Below the pieces are notes generated by a model. It worked only from the letters and a program-made list of their open reading frames with translations. It was not told where the DNA came from and searched no databases. Shown here in pieces: positions 54,854 to 62,825 of a stretch of 64,000 bases of DNA; within the stretch, counting starts at the first letter, position 1, and each line of letters opens with the position of its first letter. The stretch spans positions 33,063-97,062 of the forward strand of contig CAIOIC010000080.1 in assembly GCA_903858275.1 (NCBI GenBank), read 5' to 3'. The translations under genes and the position numbers were made by a program. Origin of the DNA: an uncultured Verrucomicrobia subdivision 3 bacterium. GTDB lineage: Bacteria; Verrucomicrobiota; Verrucomicrobiia; Limisphaerales; UBA11358.

Positions 54854-55600
54854 ATGAAACAAGAAAACCTCCTCCAAAAAGAGGCCAAGATGATGAAACT
54901 GGAGAAACTCATCGCCGAGCGCGAGACGATCTCCACCAAGCAATTTCCCGTGCCGGTCAAGGAATTGCTGGGACGCTACGAACAATTATATACCGGCGCC
55001 ATCAGCGATGTGCTACGTGAGTTTTGCCTGCTCGACCAGTCGCTTCCGGGCTACATGCGTCCGTTGCGTGACAGCGATGTCGTGGCGGGCCTCGCCTTCA
55101 CCGTGAAGAGCGCGCCGAATGTGAAAATCACCGGTGAAATGACCTTCCGTTCGCAGATGCTCGACGAAATGCATGAGGACTCGTTCGTGATGTGGGACAC
55201 CTCGGACGACGAGAAGGCCACGCTTTGGGGCGGGGTGATGACCGCGACCGCCTATGGTAAGAAGGTGCGCGCCGCGTGCATTGATGGCGGCATCCGGGAC
55301 ACAAAACAGATTTTGGAAAAGCCGTTTCCGGTGTATTACAAATATCGCCTTCCGAACGGTTCGCTCGGTCGGTGTCTTATCACCCATTATCAGGTGCCCA
55401 TCAAGATTGGCGACGTTGTCATCAAGCCGGGCGACGTGGTTTTTGCCGACATCGACGGCGTGGTTTGTGTGCCGCGCGATATCGCCTATGACGTTCTGGT
55501 TCGCGCCGAGGAAATCCTCGCCAATGAAAAGAAAATCTTTGGCTGGGTTGCTGAAGGGCAAACCATTCACCAAATCGCGGAGAAGGGCGGATATTTCTGA
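54854..55600 (+). CDS. RraA family protein (class II aldolase / oxaloacetate decarboxylase-like)
   Basis: ISDVL, WGGVMTATAYGKKVRAACIDGGIRD and GDVVFADIDGVVCVPRD are RraA/HMG-aldolase-family blocks. The start may instead be the MMKLEKL Met pair (about 54887-54892). Confidence 0.7.
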   Translation: MKQENLLQKEAKMMKLEKLIAERETISTKQFPVPVKELLGRYEQLYTGAISDVLREFCLLDQSLPGYMRPLRDSDVVAGLAFTVKSAPNVKITGEMTFRSQMLDEMHEDSFVMWDTSDDEKATLWGGVMTATAYGKKVRAACIDGGIRDTKQILEKPFPVYYKYRLPNGSLGRCLITHYQVPIKIGDVVIKPGDVVFADIDGVVCVPRDIAYDVLVRAEEILANEKKIFGWVAEGQTIHQIAEKGGYF

Positions 55601-56880
55601 TGCGCTTGGAGCGCCTGCGCTGGCTGATATTGGGGTTGCTGTTTTTTTCCACGGTCATCAATTACGTGGACCGGCAGGCGCTCTCGGTGTTGCTGCCGAC
55701 GTTGCGCGGTGAACTGCATCTCTCCAGCGCGGACTATGGCACGATCACGACGATGTTCATGCTGGCCTACACCGTGGCGCAGATTCCTTCCGGCATGTGG
55801 CTGGACAAAGTGGGAACGCGTTTTGGCTTCAGTCTCTTCGTTGGTTTGTGGTCGGCGGCCGCGATGTTGCACGCCTTTGCCCGGGGTGCGGTGAGCTTGG
55901 GCGTGTTTCGTGTCTTGCTTGGTTTTAGCGAGGCGGGCAACTGGCCAGCGGGCGGTAAGACGGTGGCAAATTGGTTTCCGCAAAAACGCCGGGCGTTGAC
56001 GATGGCCATCTTTGACGGTGGTTCAGCGGTGGGCGCAATCGCCGCTCCGCCGCTGGTGGCGCTGCTTGCGCTGCAGTTCGGCTGGCGTTCGGCGTTCATT
56101 GTGACGGGGTTGCTGGGGTTGATCTGGCTGGCTGGCTGGCTGTGGATTTATCGCGCGCCGGAAAATCATCCGTGGCTTTCCGCCGAAGACCGCGCGCAGG
56201 TTCTGGCTGATGGCGGAGGCGCCGTTCAGGTCAAGAAGGCGTCGTTCGGCGATGCGTTCCGAAGAATCATTGGCGAGCGGCAGCTCTGGGGTCTGTTTGT
56301 CACCCGCATGGTCGCGACGCCCGTGTGGTGGTTTTATGTTTTCTGGCTGCCGGATTACTTGAGCAAGGGACGAGGCTTCTCGCTCAAGGAAATTGGCTTC
56401 TTCGCGTGGATTCCCTATCTGACGGTGGACTTGGGCAAGATGACCGGCGGCGCGTTGTCGGATGCTTTGCTGGGCCGGGGTCGGAGCGCGACGTTCGCGC
56501 GCAAGTCGGTGATGGTTGGTGGCGCACTGGCGATGATGGGCGGTTTGTTCGTCGTGAGCGCGCCCAACGCAGCGGCGGCGATTGCATGGGCGAGCGTGGC
56601 GACCTTTGGTTTCGGCATGTGGAGCGCGAACATTCTCGCGCTGCATGCGGATGTATTTTCTTCCGATACCATGGGCACGGCGGTAGGTTTGACCGGGACT
56701 GGCGCGAGCCTCGGCGGGGCGATTTTTACTTATGTCGTCGGTCAGGTGGTGGACAAATCGGGCTACGCGCCGGTATTCTGGATGGTCGGAACTCTGGCCT
56801 TGGCGGCGTGCCTCGTGCTTTTGTTTGGCGTCGGGCGCGTGGAGAGGCTTAATCAACAAAATATTTCGAATGAAAACTGA
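55600..56880 (+). CDS. MFS transporter, ACS/hexuronate (ExuT)-like
   Basis: LFFSTVINYVDRQALSVLLPTL and a 12-TM profile. TGATG overlap with the upstream gene. Confidence 0.75.
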   Translation: MRLERLRWLILGLLFFSTVINYVDRQALSVLLPTLRGELHLSSADYGTITTMFMLAYTVAQIPSGMWLDKVGTRFGFSLFVGLWSAAAMLHAFARGAVSLGVFRVLLGFSEAGNWPAGGKTVANWFPQKRRALTMAIFDGGSAVGAIAAPPLVALLALQFGWRSAFIVTGLLGLIWLAGWLWIYRAPENHPWLSAEDRAQVLADGGGAVQVKKASFGDAFRRIIGERQLWGLFVTRMVATPVWWFYVFWLPDYLSKGRGFSLKEIGFFAWIPYLTVDLGKMTGGALSDALLGRGRSATFARKSVMVGGALAMMGGLFVVSAPNAAAAIAWASVATFGFGMWSANILALHADVFSSDTMGTAVGLTGTGASLGGAIFTYVVGQVVDKSGYAPVFWMVGTLALAACLVLLFGVGRVERLNQQNISNEN

Positions 56881-57736
56881 ACCAGTGAACATTTCTTTCT
56901 TCAAAAACAAAACCGCCGTTGTGACCGGTGCGGGCGGGACGCTTTGTTCTGCCGTGGCGGTGGAACTTGCCCGGCTCGGCGCGAAAGTGGCCTTGCTCGG
57001 CCGGACTCCGGAAAAATTGGAATCCGTCACCGCCCTGATTCGCAAAGCCGGCGGCACGGCCCTGCCGCTGGTGGTGGATGTGACGGATGTCGCTGCGGTC
57101 GAAGCTGCAAGCAAAACCATCACGAGAGAACTTGGCCTGTGTGATCTTCTGGTCAACGGTGCCGGAGGCAACCGCAACGATGCGGTGACGAGCACGGTGG
57201 AGTATCAGCCCGCAGAGATCGCGGCGGACCGGCCGGAAAATCTGCGCGGTTTTTTTAATCTCAATCCCGACATTTTGTTGGATGTGATCAAGCTGAACAC
57301 CATCGGCACTTTGATACCTAGCCAGGTTTTCGGGCGGGAAATGGCCCGCCGGGGCCGCGGCTCGATTGTGAACTTCGCCTCGATGAACAGCTATCGTCCG
57401 CTTTCGAAAAATCTCGCTTACTCTTTGTCCAAAGCCGGGGTGGTAAACCTTACCCAATGGCTGTCAACGTATCTCGCGCCCGCCGGCATCCGCGTGAACG
57501 CGGTTGCACCAGGATTTTTTGCCAATGATCGCAGCCGAAAGATTTTGATGACTGAAGACGGAGGCTTGACTGCGCGCGGCCAGAACGTCATGGCGCATAC
57601 GCCGATGAAACGCTTTGGCGAAGCGCAGGATTTGCTCGGGGCGGTGTGCTGGTTGCTCGATGACGAGCGGGCCGGGTTTGTCACCGGAATCACGGTGGCG
57701 GTTGATGGCGGTTTCTCGTCTTCATCGGGAGTGTAA
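56870..57736 (+). CDS. Short-chain dehydrogenase/reductase (possibly D-mannonate/fructuronate oxidoreductase type)
   Basis: TGAGGTLCSAV (TGxxGxxG) and YSLSKAG (YxxxK). The ATG at 56870 overlaps the transporter 3' end by 11 nt; the ORF-track start at 56732 lies inside the transporter gene. Confidence 0.8.
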   Translation: MKTEPVNISFFKNKTAVVTGAGGTLCSAVAVELARLGAKVALLGRTPEKLESVTALIRKAGGTALPLVVDVTDVAAVEAASKTITRELGLCDLLVNGAGGNRNDAVTSTVEYQPAEIAADRPENLRGFFNLNPDILLDVIKLNTIGTLIPSQVFGREMARRGRGSIVNFASMNSYRPLSKNLAYSLSKAGVVNLTQWLSTYLAPAGIRVNAVAPGFFANDRSRKILMTEDGGLTARGQNVMAHTPMKRFGEAQDLLGAVCWLLDDERAGFVTGITVAVDGGFSSSSGV

Positions 57737-57795
57737 GACGCAATAACTGTTGAATTATGTCGAGCAGAAATCTGCCGATTGAAGAAAAATGAATT

Positions 57796-59244
57796 ATGAA
57801 AACACGCAAAGCATTACAATGGACAATGGCGGCTGCAATGTGCTGTCTCGTATCGGTCACCGTCGTGGCGGGGCCGAAGATTGATGCGTCGCCGGACCGG
57901 GCGAAGACCGCTTTGAATCTGGGGCTGAAGCAGCTCGGCACCATCAAGCCGCGCAGTGCGAAGGAGATTTCCGGTTCCAACTGGACGCTGGGCTGCGAGA
58001 CGCTGGACCGCGATTTTGCGGATTACCAGCAATATAAAGAATACATCGTGCCGCTGGGCATCAAGACCATCCGGTTGCAAGGCGGTTGGGCCAAGACGGA
58101 AAAGGTGAAAGGCCAGTATGATTTCACCTGGCTGGATACGATAATTGACGACGCGCGTGGTCGGGGCTTGAACATCATTTTGGAGACCGACTACGGCAAT
58201 ACCAATTACGTTGGCGGCGGCGGCACGGATTTGGCGGGTGGCTTTCCGACTTCCGAGGAAGCGCTCGCGGCTTGGGATCGTTGGGTGGAGACCATGGCCG
58301 CGCGTTACAAGGGCAAGGTCCGCGACTGGGCGATGTGGAATGAGCCGGACATCAATAAAAAGCACCAGCCGGGTGACATCGCCCCGTTCAACATCCGTAC
58401 AGCGGAGATTGTCCGGCGTGTGATTCCCGACGCGCGGATTGCTGGGCTTTCGTTGGCCAGTTCCAGCCCGAAGTTCTTCGAGAGTTGTCTGAAGCTGCTG
58501 GCGGACAAGGGAAAAGTGGATCTTTTCAACTGGTTCATCTATCACGGATATGAGTTTAATCCGGACAGTTCATACCAGAATGTCGAAGAGTTGAAGGCGA
58601 CGCTGGCAAAATATTCAACCAAGGCAAAAATGCGGCAAGGCGAGAACGGTTGTCCGTCGGAAGTGGCGACGAAGTTCGCGCTCTCCTTTCACCCGTGGAC
58701 GGAATACAGCCAGGCCAAGTGGGATTTGCGCCGGATGCTGGGTGACCTAGGCCACGATGTGGAATCGGCCGTCTTCACGATCTGTGATTTCAATCATCTG
58801 GGACGCGAAATCAACCGCAAGGGGCTGCTTTGGGCGACGGCGGACAAGCAGGTTGAAAAAATCAAACTTGCCTACTACGCGGTGCAGAATTGCGTGGCGG
58901 TGTTCGACGACACGCTCGAGCGCGTGAAAGAGCCGGTTGTTGGCGTGGTGTATGACAAGGCGACGGCAAGCTTCGCCTACCGCAACAAGAAGTCAGGGCA
59001 GAACCTGGTGGTGCTGTGGAGCAACTTGGGGACGCCGGACGACTCGTTTGTGACGCGGCCAGCCCAAGTCGTGGTGAAAAATCTCGCCGTCAAGGAGCCG
59101 GTCTGGGTGGATCTGGTTTCCGGCCGGATTTACGAAATTCCGGCGGAACGCATCGTGAAAGCGGGTGAGTTCACCATATTCAAAGAAATTCCTCTCTACG
59201 ACTCACCGGTGCTGATTGCAGAGAAAGAATTGGTGCTGAAGTAG
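57796..59244 (+). CDS. Secreted clan GH-A (TIM-barrel) glycoside hydrolase, GH5/GH39-like
   Basis: Signal peptide. The NEP acid/base-type motif is WAMWNEPD. The later GENGCPSE is a candidate nucleophile region. The family is not resolved. Confidence 0.55.
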   Translation: MKTRKALQWTMAAAMCCLVSVTVVAGPKIDASPDRAKTALNLGLKQLGTIKPRSAKEISGSNWTLGCETLDRDFADYQQYKEYIVPLGIKTIRLQGGWAKTEKVKGQYDFTWLDTIIDDARGRGLNIILETDYGNTNYVGGGGTDLAGGFPTSEEALAAWDRWVETMAARYKGKVRDWAMWNEPDINKKHQPGDIAPFNIRTAEIVRRVIPDARIAGLSLASSSPKFFESCLKLLADKGKVDLFNWFIYHGYEFNPDSSYQNVEELKATLAKYSTKAKMRQGENGCPSEVATKFALSFHPWTEYSQAKWDLRRMLGDLGHDVESAVFTICDFNHLGREINRKGLLWATADKQVEKIKLAYYAVQNCVAVFDDTLERVKEPVVGVVYDKATASFAYRNKKSGQNLVVLWSNLGTPDDSFVTRPAQVVVKNLAVKEPVWVDLVSGRIYEIPAERIVKAGEFTIFKEIPLYDSPVLIAEKELVLK

Positions 59245-59287
59245 AACGCGCTTTGTGGGCGCGAGAAGGAAACCGAGCGAAGACAGT

Positions 59288-61486
59288 ATGAACTCAGCGG
59301 TCAAACGGATTATCGTGATAGTGCTGTTGTTTGCTGTTGGCGCTTCGCTGCTGGTCACGCCAGTCACCGCCTTTGAGTTGGTCGCTCCCACTCAAACCGC
59401 CACCGTGTTCGTGCCGACAAGCGAACCGGAATGCGTGCGGCTGGCAGCACAAGACCTCATCGGTGACGCGCAGAAAATCACCGGCCAAACACCAGCCATC
59501 GTCCAACGCGCGGACGATGTCGCCATCGTGATTGTCTCGCTGAACCGGCCTGAATCCGTTGCGCTGCTGGAGAAACTCGCGCCCGGTTTCGGTGACGCGC
59601 TGAAAGGCCAGTGGGAAGCCTATCGCGTCGAGGAAGTCGGCCGGCGGCTCATCATTGCCGGCAGCGACGAGCGCGGCACGATGTTCGGCCTCTACGCTTT
59701 CATTGAGAAATATCTCGGTGTGGACCCGCTTTACTATTGGGCCGGGCGACCGCCGAAAAAACGGGCGACGCTGGCGTGGGACAGCGTCAAGCTTAGTTCC
59801 GGCGAACCGACGTTTCGGTTTCGCGGCTGGTTCATCAATGACGAAGATCTGTTGACCGGATGGAAAGCGGGCAGCGGCAAACGTCGGATAGATTATCCCT
59901 ATTACGGGCAGGTGGTGAACCGCGACGTGATGCGAGCGGTGGCTGAGGCGCTGGTGCGCAGCCGGTTCAATCTGATCATCCCCGCCAGCTTTGTGGACAT
60001 CATGAATCCGCCGGAGGCGGCGTTGGTGCAGGAGTGCGCGCGGCGCGGGGTGTTCGTGTCGCAGCATCACGTCGAGCCGCTGGGGGTGAGCGCCTTCAGC
60101 TATTTCAACTATTGGAAGCAGCGCGGAAAGGATTTGAAGTATTCCTATTTCAGTCATCCCGCCGAGGTGCGCGAGGTGTGGCGTGCTTACGCGGAAAAGT
60201 GGGCGGCTTATCCCAACGTGATCTGGCAGCTCGGCCTGCGCGGCATTGCCGACCGGCCCATGTGGATGGCTGATACTAACACGCCGCAGTCCGACGCGGA
60301 TCGTGGGCGCTTGATTTCCGAGGCGATGGCGGCGCAGGTGAAAATTCTTGACGAAATTTGTCCGCGTCAGCCGCGCTATCTCTCTACCACGCTTTGGGCG
60401 GAAGGGTCGGAACTGAACCAGAAGAAGCTGCTTACGATACCAGAGGGAACAATTGTTATCTTCGCGGATAATTCACCCGGCTGGAAATGGCAGCGGGATT
60501 TCTACTCGACGCCGCGCAATCCGAAGAACACCTACGGCGTCTATTATCATCACGGACTGATCGGCTCCGGCCCGCATCTGGCGCAGGTGCCTTCGCCGCA
60601 CAAGACTTTCGAGTGCCTTAAGATCGCCGTTGAGAACGGCGCGGGAGAGTATGCCATTTTCAACGTCTCCAATATCCGCGAGTTTGTTCTGGGCATTGAT
60701 GCGACGGCGAAAATGACGTGGCGGATGGACTCCTTCGATCCCGATGCCTGGCTGGCGGAATGGGTGCGGGCGCGGTTTTCGCGGCAGCAGGACGAAATCG
60801 TGAACGCCTATCATATCTATTTCAATGCCTGGCAAATTCACGACGCTCAGCAAGTTCCATTTTTGATGGATGGTCAGATGTTTAATACTGGCAATAAAAG
60901 TCTCGCCCAAATCGCCCAGCGGCTTCAGGGCAAACGGGTTGAAGGCGGTGTCGTTTCAGAAAAGAACCGGCAAGTAGCCCGCCCGTCCAAAACGGCTGGC
61001 GAGGCTGCGCCAGTGGTGGCGGATGCGTTTTGGGCCGGCATCAGCGACATGTTTCCTTCCAGCCCCAGACGGGAGACGGTTTTGCGGTTGGCGAAGCAGA
61101 AGGCCGGGCTTGGCTTGGCGCTGCTTCATGCGCGAACGCCGGCCGCTGCGCTGCCGGAACCGGAAGCGGCTTTTCTGAACGACAATCTGATTTATCAGGC
61201 GGCCATCATGTTTCAAACTTGCGAATGGCTGGAGCAAGTTCTGGTCGCGCAGGAGGCGCTGGAGCTTGATAACCGGCTAGCCTGCGGCGATGCGCTCGCG
61301 CGGGCGGAAGCGGCTTTTGCGCAGATTCCAGTTTTGGCGGAGAACTATTGTCGCGGCCAATGGGAAAACTGGTATCGTGAATGCACCAAACTCAACGTGA
61401 CCGCGACCATGAACCGAACCCGTGAAGTCCTGCAACTGGCCCGGCAGACATCGCTGCCCAAAGGTTCAGGCAATAACCAGCCATGA
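59288..61486 (+). CDS. GH115-like alpha-glucuronidase (xylan 4-O-methylglucuronate-releasing type)
   Basis: LIIAGSDERGTMFGLYAFIEKYLGVDPLYYWAG and FRFRGWFINDEDLL match my memory of the GH115 N-terminal and catalytic blocks. The ATG at 59288 gives a signal-anchor N-terminus. Confidence 0.65.
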   Translation: MNSAVKRIIVIVLLFAVGASLLVTPVTAFELVAPTQTATVFVPTSEPECVRLAAQDLIGDAQKITGQTPAIVQRADDVAIVIVSLNRPESVALLEKLAPGFGDALKGQWEAYRVEEVGRRLIIAGSDERGTMFGLYAFIEKYLGVDPLYYWAGRPPKKRATLAWDSVKLSSGEPTFRFRGWFINDEDLLTGWKAGSGKRRIDYPYYGQVVNRDVMRAVAEALVRSRFNLIIPASFVDIMNPPEAALVQECARRGVFVSQHHVEPLGVSAFSYFNYWKQRGKDLKYSYFSHPAEVREVWRAYAEKWAAYPNVIWQLGLRGIADRPMWMADTNTPQSDADRGRLISEAMAAQVKILDEICPRQPRYLSTTLWAEGSELNQKKLLTIPEGTIVIFADNSPGWKWQRDFYSTPRNPKNTYGVYYHHGLIGSGPHLAQVPSPHKTFECLKIAVENGAGEYAIFNVSNIREFVLGIDATAKMTWRMDSFDPDAWLAEWVRARFSRQQDEIVNAYHIYFNAWQIHDAQQVPFLMDGQMFNTGNKSLAQIAQRLQGKRVEGGVVSEKNRQVARPSKTAGEAAPVVADAFWAGISDMFPSSPRRETVLRLAKQKAGLGLALLHARTPAAALPEPEAAFLNDNLIYQAAIMFQTCEWLEQVLVAQEALELDNRLACGDALARAEAAFAQIPVLAENYCRGQWENWYRECTKLNVTATMNRTREVLQLARQTSLPKGSGNNQP

Positions 61487-62709
61487 ATGAATTCATCCAT
61501 CCTGATTTTCTGCTGAAGACCGCCACCGCCCGCCGGCTGTATCACGAGTTTGCCGAAAGTTTGCCGGTGATTGACTACCATAATCACATCAGCGCCCGGG
61601 ATTTGGCCGGGGATCGCGTATTTGATAACATTACGCAGTTGTGGATTTCCAGCGATCCCTATAAACACCGCGCGATGCGGATTGCGGGCGTGTCGGAGCG
61701 GCTCATAACCGGCAAAGCAAGCGAACGCGAGAAGTTCGACGCTTGGGCGGCCGCGGCGTCGCAGACGCTAGGCAACCCGCTTTATCATTGGACGGCGTTG
61801 GAATTAAAACGCTATTTTGGCATCTCGGAATTGCTTTCACCCGATACGGCAGACCGGATTTGGAACCAATGCAACGAGCTGTTGCGTTCGCCCAACCACA
61901 CGGCGCGCGGGTTGATCAAATCGGCCAACGTCGAATATCTCTGCACTTCGGATCAGTTGACTGACGATCTCGGAGTGCACGCACGGCTGGCCCAATCGGA
62001 CTTCGCCACGCGGGTGGTGCCTTCGCTGCGGGTGGATGACGTGGCGGCGCTGGATCAAATGCAATTGACGGAAAGGCTGGATGCATTTGCCCGTTTGGGT
62101 TGCAAACTTGCGGATCATTCCGTTGTGGAATTCGATTCGGAAGGACTGCGGAAGCTGGCGGGTGAATACGCCCGCCGCGGCTGGATTTTGCAGCTTCACA
62201 TCGGCGCTCAGCGCCAGACCAGCACCCGCCTTCGGCAACTGGCCGGCCCGGCAGGCGGTTATGCGACCATTGGCAAAGCGTGTGATATTCCCGGCCTTTG
62301 CCGGTTTCTGGATGAAGCGGAGAAAGCCGGCGGCCTGCCGCGCATCATTTTATTTCCATTGAACCCCGCCGATTACGCTGTGCTGGCGACCTTGACCGGC
62401 TCGTTCACCGAGGATGGCGTGCGCGGAAAAATCCAACTTGGCCCCGCCTGGTGGTATAACGACCACGCGCTGGGCATCCGGCAGCATCTCGACGCGCTTG
62501 CCAGCTACGGGTTGCTGTCCGCGTTCATCGGCATGACCACCGACTCGCGCAGTTTGCTTTCGATGGTGCGCCATGAATATTTTCGCCGCGTCTTGTGCGA
62601 CTGGCTGGGCGATCAGGTGGAAGCCGGCGCGATGCCGGATGACCGCCAGTTGCTGGGGCAGCTTGTGAAAGCGGTAGCTTACGAGAACGCGCGCCGGGCG
62701 ATTCTTTAA
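61483..62709 (+). CDS. uxaC: Glucuronate isomerase (short form)
   Basis: FIHPDFLLKTATARRLYHEFAESLPVIDYHNHI and DPYKHRAMRIAGVSERLITG parallel E. coli UxaC (FLL....ARRLYH...P..DYH.H; W.AMR..GV.E...TG). ATGA overlap with the upstream gene. Confidence 0.85.
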   Translation: MNEFIHPDFLLKTATARRLYHEFAESLPVIDYHNHISARDLAGDRVFDNITQLWISSDPYKHRAMRIAGVSERLITGKASEREKFDAWAAAASQTLGNPLYHWTALELKRYFGISELLSPDTADRIWNQCNELLRSPNHTARGLIKSANVEYLCTSDQLTDDLGVHARLAQSDFATRVVPSLRVDDVAALDQMQLTERLDAFARLGCKLADHSVVEFDSEGLRKLAGEYARRGWILQLHIGAQRQTSTRLRQLAGPAGGYATIGKACDIPGLCRFLDEAEKAGGLPRIILFPLNPADYAVLATLTGSFTEDGVRGKIQLGPAWWYNDHALGIRQHLDALASYGLLSAFIGMTTDSRSLLSMVRHEYFRRVLCDWLGDQVEAGAMPDDRQLLGQLVKAVAYENARRAIL

Positions 62710-62825
62710 GCTAAGCGGCATTGCCAGCGGATGTAGCTTGCCGCTTGGAATGACGCGGTAAATTTATTTCTGGTTTGATGAAACTGATTAAAATATTTTC
62801 AATATCACCCGGCAAAAATACCGAC

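Noticed and set aside
62713-62746. Inverted repeat AAGCGGCA...TGCCGCTT just after uxaC, considered as a possible terminator.
   Set aside because: It has an 8-bp stem with an 18-nt loop and no following T-tract, so it does not convince as an intrinsic terminator.
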